64,000 nucleotides of DNA from Octopus vulgaris. Taxonomy: Eukaryota. The DNA lies in the NCBI GenBank assembly GCA_951406725.2, contig OX597835.1, positions 24,366,001 to 24,430,000 on the forward strand. The letters are read 5' to 3'. Both the position numbers and the translations under genes were made by a program. Below the pieces are notes generated by a model, which made no database searches, was not told where the DNA came from, and saw nothing but the letters and a program-made list of their open reading frames with translations. Shown here piece by piece: positions 53,248 through 64,000 of this stretch. Position 1 is the first letter of the stretch. Every line of letters starts with the position of its first letter.

Positions 53248-54112
53248 GTAGCCCTAGGTCAATAAAGCCTTGTAAGTGGATCTAACAGAGAGAAACTGAG
53301 TCACTGGGTAAAACAAAATATATTTTATTGGACTAACGGACTTTTTGAGGTTGAAATATTTTATGCGTGTGTGTGTGTGTATGTTTGTGTATGTTTGTGT
53401 CTCCATGTTTGGACATCATGTGATGGTTGTAAATGACTGTCATCGTCATCATCATATAAGCAATGTCATTCACTTCCAATATTCTGTGAAAAAAATATCT
53501 GGCCATGGAAACTGGTGAGCGTCGGCAAGAGGAAGGGCATCCGGCCACAATCTGCCTTGATAAACTCTGTCTGACCTGTGCAAGCATGGAAAAGTGGCCA
53601 TTCTGATGTTTCTCTATACCATTATCTTCATCATATAATGACTGTTTTCCAAGGGTTGGATGATTTAACAGGAACTGGCAAGCTGGAGGACTCCACCATG
53701 TGCTACCATTTGTTTCCATGGTATGGTTCCTAGGGTTAGACGTTTTCCTAATGGCTCCTTCATCTGTTTCCAAGCAAGGTAATATTTCCCACATCAAAGA
53801 CCCCCATCAGTCATGAATGACCAGGGAATTGCACCTAGAAAGTTCCTCTCCGAGTTACAAGGCCGGGCAAGGTCATTTATGGAAGACCAGCAGTCACCCA
53901 TGCATACCAGCCACCCCTCTTCTTGCTACCAATGTTATCCAAGGGAAAGACAAAGGCCAATGCAGCTTGGCACCAGTGATATTGCAACTCATTTCTACAG
54001 CTGAGTTAACTGGAGCAACGTGAAATAAAGTGTCTTGCTCAAGGACACAACACACAGCCCGGTCCGGGAATCGAACTCATTACCTCATGATTGTGAGCTT
54101 GATGCTCTAACC

Positions 54113-54331
54113 CAGTGCTTTTCAAACTTTTTGCTGGAGCGGAACCCCAAGGAAACATTCCACTGGCTCGAGGAACCCCTGTGCAATAATTTAATCGTCT
54201 TATGCACGCATATCTGCACAGGAGAATTAAAAATTACTGCCGATTTTAGCAGTTTTGTAACTTCTTGCGGAACCCCTAGACTGTACTGGCGGAACCCTAA
54301 GGTTCCACGAAACCCTGGTTGAAAACCACTG
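54113..54331. mobile_element. hAT-type MITE with an 8-bp target-site duplication
   Basis: TIRs cagtgcttttcaa/ttgaaaaccactg. TSD ctctaacc at 54105-54112 and 54332-54339. It interrupts a SINE head. Confidence 0.88.
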
Positions 54332-55280
54332 CTCTAACCACTAAGCCATGTGCCTGTGTCATTCCTCCCATGGTCAGACCTCTTTTCACAGAATATTGGG
54401 AACGGGTCACAGATGACTGCATCAAGCTCATCAACCTGCTTTGGCAGGGTTTCTATGGTTGAATGCCCTTCCTATCGTCAACCATATTCCAGAGTGTAAA
54501 TTGCATGAGTGTGCGAGATGGTATGTGTGTGTGTGTATGATGGTATGAAGGTGGCAAGCTGGCAGAAACGTTAGCACGCCGGGCGAAATGCGTAGCCGTA
54601 TTTTGTCTGCCCTTACGTTCTGAGTTCAAATTCCACCGAGGTTGACTTTGACTTTCATCCTTTCGGGGTTGATAAATTAAGTACCAATTACGCACTGGGG
54701 TCGATGTAATCAACTTAATCCGTTTGTCTGTCCTCGTTTGTCCCCTCTGTGTTTAGCCCCTTGTTGGTAGTAAAGAAATAGGTATGTGTGTGTGTGTGTG
54801 TGTATGTGTGTGAGAGGGAGAGAGGGAGAGAGAGAAATTGAGAGTGAGAGAGGGTGGGAGGAAGAGCACAAGTCTGCATATGAACATATGATGTGAATGT
54901 ATGTTTATGTGATTCAGTTCTAGGTTTTGATGTGTGTTGAACTTTTAAAAGTTATCAAAACTGCACCAATGTAGAAATTACTTTAACTAGGATGTGTATG
55001 TGTGTATATATATCATATATATGTTTATATATCTATCAGTGCATCTGTGTGTGAGCATATATACATACATACATATCATCCTCATCATCATCATTTAATG
55101 CCTATTTTCCATGCTAGCACCGGTTGAATGGTTTTGACAGGAGTGGACTAGCTGAAGGGCTGTTCAGGCTCCATGTCTGATTTGGCATGGTTTCTATGGC
55201 TGGATGCCTTTCCTAATGCCAACCACTTTTCAGAGTGCACTGGGTACCTTTACACAGCACTGGTATGGGTGCCTTTTTGA

Positions 55281-55513
55281 AAGGCAACGAGCTGGCAGAA
55301 ACGTTAGCACACCGGGCGAAATGCTTAGCAGTATTTTGTCTGCCATTACGTTCTGAGTTCAAATTCCGCCGAGGTCGACTTTGCCTTTCATCCTTTCGGG
55401 GTCGATAAATTAAGTACCAGTTACACACTGGGGTCGATGTAATCGACTTAATCCGTCTGTCTGTCCTTGTTTGTCCCCTCTATGTTTAGCCCCTAGTGGG
55501 CAATAAAGAAATA
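55281..55513 (+). mobile_element. SINE family A with a 16-bp TSD
   Basis: ggtatgggtgcctttt at 55262-55277 and 55514-55529. Confidence 0.88.
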
Positions 55514-55574
55514 GGTATGGGTGCCTTTTACATAGCACCAGCAACTACGAGCCTGCAAGACTAGGGATGCTCAG

Positions 55575-55772
55575 CTGGAGATGGTCTGCAAGGGACGACC
55601 CCATATGCAAGGACAATCACATGCTTTTACTTAGCTTGACGTGTCTTTTCAAGCAAGCTCCCAGGAGTCTCGGTCCCATGTCATCCCCACTGTAAGTCCA
55701 AACATTTGTAGATCCTTTCTCAACACTTCATCCCATGTCTTCCTGAGTCTACCCCTTCCACATTACCCTCTG
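55575..55772 (-). mobile_element. RTE-like LINE ORF C-terminus
   Basis: CGRGRLRKTWDEVLRKDLQMFGLT. Related pieces at ~32260-32340 and ~40410-40480 run into the family C repeat. Confidence 0.6.
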
Positions 55773-55776
55773 CAAT

Positions 55777-55816
<40 letters not shown>

Positions 55817-55976
55817 TATATACATACATATACATATACATACATATACACATATATATACATACATATACACACATATATATATACATACACACACACA
55901 CACACATATATACATACATATATACATACATATGCACACACACACACACACATATATACATATATACATACATATG

Positions 55977-56030
<54 letters not shown>

Positions 56031-56421
56031 CACACACACATATATATATATGTATAGACACACACACACACACACATGCACACAGTTCTAATATAAAAGC
56101 AAATCTGTGATACACTTCTGAATTCCTGGCAAAATGGCAGAGGTACCAGTAAGACTACAGTTTTCGGTTTGTTAGCTGATGTCAGGCTTCAGTGAACTTC
56201 ACCCACAACACTGAGGAAATGGTAAGGAATGGTGAGGAATGGCAGTCTCAGAGCTATGGGAAAGAAGATGCTGATTAGCTTCCACATCGTTAAAATAATT
56301 TCTACATAGGTGCTAATGAAATAACTTTAAAATTTTCTTCGCACCAAAGCTAACATGGAATCACACACATACACATATATATACACATATATACTTATAT
56401 ATATGCTACACACATACATAA

Positions 56422-56452
<31 letters not shown>

Positions 56453-56637
56453 CACACACACACTCACACATGCATACATAGACACAGGCATATCTGTGTG
56501 GTAAGAAGCTTAGTTCCCAACCAACCACAGGGTTCTGGGTTCAGTCCGGTGGTACCTTGGGCTGGTGTCTTCTACTACAGCCTTGGGCTGGCCAAATACC
56601 TTCTGAGTGCATTTGTTCGATAGAAACAGGAAGAAGC

Positions 56638-56668
<31 letters not shown>

Positions 56669-56770
56669 TGGTAAAACGGTAAGATAACAAAAGAAAGAAA
56701 GAGACCTCAATATTATGTAAATAGAGGAAATTTATCTATACAATAATATGTTACATTACTCGGTAGTCAA

Positions 56771-56829
56771 GATAAAACTGAGTTTCAGATGCCGAAGTGG
56801 AAATCCACAACACCATCTCTTCGGTTATC
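56771..56829 (-). ncRNA. Hammerhead motif (U4C) in the 3' UTR of the Penelope-like element
   Basis: gataa-CCGAAGA-gatg...catc-t-GAAAC-tca-GTT-ttatc. PLE pseudo-LTRs are known to carry minimal hammerheads. Confidence 0.65.
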
Positions 56830-57013
56830 TGGCTATTTGAAAACGCTATGAAAAAATACCGTTATATAAAGAGAAATTACTGTGTTATAACTCTGCTTGC
56901 CTGCATACTTATACATCGCTCGCATTTTTCGTCATAAAAAATTATATAAAAATACATAAAAAATATATAAAAATATATAAAATCTTCTTGGGACATAACA
57001 TAGAAAGCATGTT

Positions 57014-58219
57014 CTATCTGTTTTCTTTAGGGGACCAAAAACGTAACAGAAATTTAGTCACATGTGGGCATGATCCGAAAAGTTCTGTACTTGTGTTTAG
57101 ACATGTAGTAGGGTCTAAGCTGCTTTTTCAGATAAGCCATCTCTCCATGTCGCATAGACCGCACCTTCTGCTGCTGTTGGTATAGGGCTTACATCTGGCC
57201 AAAATCTTCCAATGTATATTATAATCGACACCTTTATCCCTTAAAGACCAAATATGATTAGATAATTGTGTCGCTTTTCTTTTGTTCCAGTGCCTAAAGC
57301 TCAAAGTGTGGTTATTGAACCTGGCCTTGAAATTACCATCTGTAAGGCCCACGTATTTCTTCGTCGAAACGGTGTCTTTAGTGGTTATAGAGTTTACGGT
57401 AGCTTCATATATGATGGTCTTGGACATGCAAGCTCCATTTAGCGGGCACAATTCTTTATTCCTGCATGAACAGCTGTTTTCTTGTTGTGTTTTTTGTATG
57501 TTATGTTTGATTATGTTTTTAAAATTGGTAGTTGAACTAAAACTAATTTTTAAATTGTGTCTATTGAAGAGTTTCCTATAAGCATGGTTAACTGGAAAAT
57601 GTCTATCTATCAGTGCTAGGAAATATTTACCTATATTGAAGGCCACCTCGGGTGAGTAAGGGGGCGTAAACCAGATGACCTTCCTATTTCTATTATCCCT
57701 TTTCCTTACTGTTGGGCTAGTAATGGGTGTATATTTTATTTTTTCGCTAAAACCACTATCTTTTAAAGCCTTATTATAAACTGGGGCAACGCTATTGAAG
57801 ATGTCCTTATCAGAGGAGAGGCTAGAAATCCTCTTACTAATATTTTTAACTAAATTTTTGATTACTATAGGGGGATGGCATGAACCTACATTAATATAAC
57901 TTAGTCTATCATTGGGCTTCCTATAAGGCTTATAAATATTCTTATTAAGATCTAAGGAAACGTCTAAGAAATTGACAACCGTCAGGTTAGTATCTATAGT
58001 TATACTAAGTCCGAAGTATTTCATTAACTGGATAATATCCTTCCTAAAACGATTTTGTGCTGGTCCATTTGTATTAGCTGTTAAGGCGAGGGCATCATCT
58101 TTGTAGATGGCGAAATGTATGTTAGGGAATGTCTTACCTAAGGTATCTAGGAGAAAAAGTCCAATTAGATCGCAGATGCCTGCCCCATCATATGAACCCA
58201 TGCTCACATCGAAAGCACC
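57014..58219 (-). pseudogene. PLE reverse transcriptase/GIY-YIG ORF, 5'-truncated, with an in-frame TGA at 57128-57130
   Basis: The 359-aa ORF in the track continues in the same frame past TGA as KSSLDPTTCLNTSTELFGSCPHVTKFLLRFWSPKENR to TAG at 57014-57016. This contains the conserved PLE C-terminal LN..EL...C.H..KFLL motif. Confidence 0.85.
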
Positions 58220-58220
58220 C

Positions 58221-58274
58221 TAATATGTTACATTACACGATAGTCAAGATAAAACTCTGAGTTTCAGATGCCGA
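58221..58274 (-). repeat. Partial direct copy of the PLE 3' UTR (pseudo-LTR fragment) at the inversion junction
   Basis: taatatgttacattac...tagtcaagataaaactctgagtttcagatgccga matches about 56743-56795. Confidence 0.85.
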
Positions 58275-58280
58275 CACAGA

Positions 58281-58544
58281 GGGCGCTTTCGATGTGAGCA
58301 TGGGTTCATATGATGGGGCAGGCATCTGCGATCTAATTGGACTTTTTCTCCTAGATACCTTAGGTAAGACATTCCCTAACGTACATTTCGCCATCTACAA
58401 AGATGATGCCCTCGCCTTAACAGCTAATACAAATGGACCAGCACAAGATCGTTTTAGGAAGGATATTATCCAGTTAATGAAATACTTCGGACTTAGTATA
58501 ACTATAGATACTAACCTGACGGTTGTCAATTTCTTAGACGTTTC

Positions 58545-58546
<2 letters not shown>
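58281..58546 (+). mobile_element. Inverted duplication of the PLE 5' segment (mirror of 57955-58220)
   Basis: 266-bp near-identical reverse complement with the same translation (MSMGSYDGAG...NFLDVS). Ends in (TA)n. Confidence 0.92.
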
Positions 58547-58597
<51 letters not shown>

Positions 58598-58867
58598 GTG
58601 TGCGTGTGTGTCTGTTTGTCCCCCTGCGATCACCTGATAACTGATGCTGGTGTGTTTATGTCCCTGTAACCTAGTGGTTCAGCAAAAGAGATTGATAGAA
58701 TAAGTACTAGGCTTACAAAGACTAAGTCCTGGGGTCATCATATGACACCCATGCTCCAGCATCGAAAGCGCAGTCAAATATGTTACAGAACACGATAGTC
58801 AAGATACATAACATACATACCAGATGGTAAACAGAGGGCGCTTAAATCGATGTGAGCAATGGGTTCA

Positions 58868-59690
58868 TATACACACACACATATATACACATATATACAT
58901 ACACACACACACCTATATACACATATATACATACACACACACACCTATATACACATATATACATACACACACACCTATATACACATATATACATACACAC
59001 ACACACATATATACACATATATACATACACACACACACATATATCACATATATACATACACACACACACCTATATACACATATATACATACACACACACA
59101 CCTATATACACATATATACATACACACACACACATATATACACATATATACATACACACACACACCTATATACACATATATACATACACACACACACCTA
59201 TATACACATATATACATACACACACACACATATATACACATATATACATACACACACACACATATATACACATATATACATACACACACAACCTATATAC
59301 ACATATATACATACACACACACACATATATACACATATATACATACACACACACACATATATACACATATATACATACACACACACACCTATATACACAT
59401 ATATACATACACACACACACATATATACACATATATACATACACACACACACACATATATACACATATATACATACACACACACACATATATACACATAT
59501 ATACATACACACACACACCTATATACACATATATACATACACACACACACCTATATACACATATATACATACACACACACACCTATATACACATATATAC
59601 ATACACACACACACATATATACACATATATACATACACACACACACCTATATACACATATATACATACACACACACACACCTATATATAG
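58868..59690. repeat. Microsatellite-derived minisatellite (~26-30 bp unit)
   Basis: About 30 units of tatatacacatatatacatacacacacac(ac)(c/a). Confidence 0.9.
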
Positions 59691-59885
59691 ATATATAGAG
59701 AGAGATGCAGGAGTGGCAATATAGGTGCAAGAGTTGCTTTGTGGTAAGAAGCTTGCTTCCCAACCACATGATTCCGGATTCAGTCCCACTGCATGGCACC
59801 TTGGGCAAGTGTCTTCTACTAAAGCCTTGCGCCGACCAAAGCCTTGTGAGTGGAGTTGATAGGCAGAAACTGAAAGAAGCCCGTC

Positions 59886-59961
<76 letters not shown>

Positions 59962-60194
59962 CTGTGTTTTCCCCCACCTCCCCATCATGACTTGACAACT
60001 GGTGTTGGTGTGTTTACGTCCCAGTAACTTAGCAGTTCGGTAACAGGGACGGATAGAATAAATACCAAGCTTAAAAAAATAAGTCCTGGGTTCAATTCCT
60101 TTGTCAAAAAATTCAAGGTGGTGCCCCTGTATGGCCACAGTCTAATGACTGAAACAGGAAAAAAGATAAAAGATATGTAAATATAGAGGAGGGT

Positions 60195-60705
60195 GAGTGA
60201 CAGTTATGATGATGATCATCATCATCATGACAATTATGACGACAATCATGATGACACAATGATAACAATTGTGATGATGAAGATGAGGAGGAGGATGAAA
60301 ATGAGGATGTTGACGAGGATGAAGAAGAGGAAGAGAAGGAGGATGAAAATGTTGATGAGGATGAGGAGGAAATAATGAGGAGGAGGAAGATGAAAACAAC
60401 GGTGATGAGAAGGATGAAAATGAATGGTGAGGAAGATGATGGAAATGATGATGATAATGAGGCAGAGGAGGAAAATGATGATGAGGAGGAGGAGGAAAAC
60501 GATGATGATGACGATGATGATGGTGATGAGGAGGAAAATGATAATGATGATGAGGAAAACGATGATGATGATGAGAATGAAAATGAAGATGTTGATGACA
60601 ATGATGATGGTGATGATGATGAGGAGGAAAGGGATGAAAATGATGATGATGATGACGATGATGATGATGATGATGACGATGATGATGATGACGATGATGA
60701 TGATA
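60195..60705. repeat. Degenerate (GAT/GAG)n trinucleotide tract
   Basis: Low-complexity triplet repeat that generates poly-D/E, poly-H and poly-S ORFs. Confidence 0.9.
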
Positions 60706-61294
60706 GCTGCCACAGCAGACCCTCATCATTAGTTTACCTCACTTTTATATTTTATTAATTTTATCTTTAAAAAAAAACAACAACAACAAAAAAATATATA
60801 AATAAATTTTAATGTTTCAAAGATGTTTTCATTCCGTGTCAGAATGAGAAGCGAACACTTTGAAACCGAGAAAGTATCGACAGTTCAACACACACACACA
60901 CACACACCCACACACAAATATAAAGATAAAAAAAAAAAAAGTAACAAACAAAATCACAGACTCAAGACAGCCAAGGAACCAAAAGGAAATGGTATATATG
61001 GAATCGTATCAAATGAGGATATCGCAATATGGCACCGAAACCAAGATTTGGCAACATATAAATATAAACGTTTTTCCTCCTCTCTTCCACGACCACCACC
61101 ACGACCACCACCACTGCGGACTGTTCTGCCGAAGGGTTGGTGTGGTGGTGGTGGGGGAGGATAACGGAACACCACCAGCAACAGTGGTGGGATATGAACT
61201 CTTGATTGCGGGATGTACAACAGCACCAACAACTGCAACAACAACCGGATATGAAGTACAGTTTCATTTTGTAATAGTGGAGAATTAATGTACT

Positions 61295-62100
61295 TGTGGT
61301 GGTGGAGGTCATTGTGGTGGTGGTGATGGTGGTAGTAGTGATGGCAGTGGTTGTGGTGATGATGATAGTGGTAGTGATGGTGGTAGTAGTGATGGCAGTG
61401 GTTGTGGTGGTGGTGGTGGTAGTAGTAGTGATGGCAGGGTTGTGGTGGTGGTGATGATAGTAGTGATGGCAGTGGTTGTGGTGGTGGTGGTGATGATAGT
61501 GATGGTGGTGGTAGTGGTGGTGATGGTGGTGGTGGTGGTGGTGGTAGTAGTAGTGATGGCAGTGGTTGTGGTGGTGGTGTTGATGATAGTGGTAGTGATG
61601 GTGGTGATGGTGATGGTGGTGGTAGAGGTGATAGCAGTGGTTGTGGTGGTAGTGGTGACGGTGGTAATGATGTGGTGATGGTGGTAGCGGTGGAGATGGT
61701 GGTGCTGCTCTTGGTTGTAATAGTGATAACAGCATGGGTGGTAGTAGTGGTGCTAGTGGTGTGAGCAACAGTAGTGGTGATGATGACATCAGTGATAGAC
61801 ACGGCGATGGTAGTGTTAGTAGTTGTGATATGGGTGGAGGTAGTGCTGGTGGTGATATAGCTGGAGACATTGTGTGAGAAGAAGTTGTGGTGGCAACGGT
61901 ATACATGGAGGTGTTAGTGGTGGTTATGGAAGTGGTGGTTTAGGTAGAAGTAGCAGTAGTGATGGTGGTGGCGTAGATGGAGATGTCAGTGGTGGTAGTC
62001 ATGGCAGAACAGGAGAAAATGGTAGTGGTGGTTGTGATGATGATGCAGATGGAAGTGTTGGTTTTAGTGGTGGTGTTGGTGGTAATAGCATACGTAGCAG
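61295..62100. repeat. Degenerate (GGT/AGT/GAT)n tract
   Basis: Low-complexity triplet repeat. Confidence 0.9.
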
Positions 62101-62470
62101 AAGGAAGTACAGCTGTTGACGCCAGTGTGAAGTACAGCAGATACACAAGTTGCCAGAACTGCAGTCAATGGCCTAACAACACCACCACCAACAACAACAA
62201 TAACAATAATTTAGTGATACGGGAGAAGCCACAACCCACAAACATATCACAAAACACATATACACACAGACAAACACTCGCTTATACACACACACACGGA
62301 AATCCTCTCAGCTCATTGATAAGGGAACTGTCTCATTAAATACGCAAACTGCGATAGCTTTCACTTTCAACAGATTCAGCATCTGGTTTTGTAAACAATA
62401 TTATATATACATGCATACATATATATATATGCATGTGTATAAATATGTGTGAATGCATGTGTGCATGTGA

Positions 62471-62502
<32 letters not shown>

Positions 62503-62555
62503 GTAGGCAGTCTGTGTTTCCTGAAATGGAGGTGAACACCTTTCTTCATGTGATT

Positions 62556-62621
62556 GGTTTGAAAAATTGCTAAGTCATGAGATGTTTTCCTACGTTTTGT
62601 AGCATGAAACCAATGGTAGCC
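62556..62621 (+). ncRNA. Hammerhead-like motif, U3-A8 variant (second copy of the 1964 family)
   Basis: ggt-TTGAAAA-at-tgcta...tagca-t-GAAAC-caatg-GTA-gcc. Confidence 0.6.
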
Positions 62622-62713
62622 TTAATTCACAAATAAATTATATCCACTACTATAGTGTTAAGCACTCATTTTCATTGTTCAACATCTATGTGTGTGTGTC
62701 TCTCCCTCCCTCC

Positions 62714-62787
<74 letters not shown>

Positions 62788-63192
62788 CACTGTGACCGAC
62801 CAGGCTATCAGATGTTGCTACACATCGCTGGTCACAATGCGCTTCGCATTGTTTTAGCCAACCCGCTGGCTAAGCGAGCAGGCCAACAGAAGAAAGAGTG
62901 AGAGAAAGTTGTGGCGAAAGAGTACAGTAGGGATCGCCACCACCACCTGCTGGAGTCTCGTGGAGCTTTAGGTGTTTTCGCTCAATAAACACTCACAACG
63001 CCCGGTCTGAGAATCGAAACAGCAATCCTACGACCATGAGTCCGCTACCCTAACCACTGGACCATTGTGCCTCCACATATATATATATATTCATGTATAT
63101 ATCAGCCTTCTAACTGACTTTGGAGTACCTGATTCGCGGAATTACATTACTTCGTTCATTTAGAATATGCCATTTCTGCACCTTGATTGTGA

Positions 63193-63240
<48 letters not shown>

Positions 63241-63689
63241 AAAAAATATATATTAAATGCACAAACAAATGGGAAACAGATGCAGAAGGTCACCAAATCT
63301 TCATTAGTTATCGGTCAGAAGGTCAAAAGCAATTTCGCATATATATACATATCGGGTCATTCGGAATAAAATGTCTGATTTTGAACTGAAAGTTTAATTT
63401 ACTTCGTCTCAACAAAAAGCAACGCAGTGAGTTAGCAGAATCGTTAGCACACTGGGCGAAATGAATAGCGGTATTTCGTCTGTCTTTACGTTCTGAGTTC
63501 AAATCCTTCCAAGGTCGACTTTGCCTTCCATCCTTTCGGGGTCGATAAATTAAGTACCAGTTGCGTACTGGAGTTGATCTAATCGACTGCTCTACTCCCC
63601 CAAAATTTCAGGCCTTGTGCCCAGAGTAGAAAAGGAAACCAATGCAGTTAATTAAAGTATGTACCTAAACTATCAACAGAATTTTGTCA

Positions 63690-64000
63690 TTTTATTGGTA
63701 GCCTCTTTATGCTGGCAGCAAGGAATTCTGGAGAGCAAGAGGTGATGAAATCATGAAAGGCTATTTTTGCATTTTCTTCAGATTTGAAGATTTTTTCCTT
63801 GCAAAAAGTTGTCTAATGCCTGGAAAACACAACAGTCAGTTGGTGCACGGTCTGATGAATATGGTGGATGACAGAGTACTTCCAAGTTCAGTTCCTGTAA
63901 CTTGAGTAGCATTCTTTGTGCAACATATGGTCAAGCATTGTCTTGCATGAGAATTGGTCTGTCTCTATTGACAAATCTTGATTGTTTAATTGCAAGTTCA
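63690..64000 (-). mobile_element. mariner transposase pseudogene fragment (runs off the window edge)
   Basis: RPILMQDNA*PYVAQ...LEVLCHPPYSSDRAPTDCCVFQALDNFLQGK matches the HDNARPH and HPPYSPDLAPSD motifs. Confidence 0.85.

Larger units (their letters stand above)
56669..58220 (-). mobile_element. 5'-truncated Penelope-like retroelement (probably Naiad clade), including its 3' UTR
   Basis: The ORF has RT motifs MGSYDGA...IYKDDAL...VNFLDV, then CSCR..CPLNGAC and a GIY-YIG-type endonuclease (IIYEATV...KYVGLT..FKARFNNH) with C-terminal CxxC. It is inserted in the (TA)n tract inside a SINE. Confidence 0.92.

Noticed and set aside
58824-59724. Three 279-290 aa H/T/Y/I-rich ORFs
   Set aside because: Translation of a CA/TA minisatellite that is open in all frames, with no coding signal.
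60113-61906. Acidic, poly-His and poly-Pro ORFs
   Set aside because: Degenerate trinucleotide tracts open on both strands, with no splice or domain evidence.
63960-63980. FVNR peptide resembling the missing NT5C2 VFVNRSL exon
   Set aside because: It is part of the mariner transposase relic and no DMDYT motif follows.

Overview
AT-rich, microsatellite-saturated metazoan genomic DNA. The repeat landscape looks like an octopus/cephalopod genome, which is an inference. The window lies inside a minus-strand gene for cytosolic purine 5'-nucleotidase (NT5C2/cN-II). Only two internal coding exons are recognisable (19882-19999 and 17615-17710), and the rest appears to be intron. The introns hold several SINE families, RTE- and R4-like LINE fragments, a non-autonomous Helitron, hAT/piggyBac/mariner relics and a 5'-truncated Penelope-like retroelement (RT plus GIY-YIG, Naiad-like) with an inverted duplication. 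The main unexplained signal is about 13 loci, from several unrelated short elements, that carry minimal type I hammerhead ribozyme motifs. They have palindromic helix III, covarying stems and compensatory 3-8 core swaps (U3-A8, G3-C8). They occur as fold-back elements, as a retrozyme-like direct repeat with 291 nt between cleavage sites, and in the 3' UTR of the Penelope-like element, mostly inserted in (TA)n/(TAA)n tracts. Nearly all ORFs in the supplied track are microsatellite or SINE artefacts. Repeat boundaries were read by eye and are approximate.
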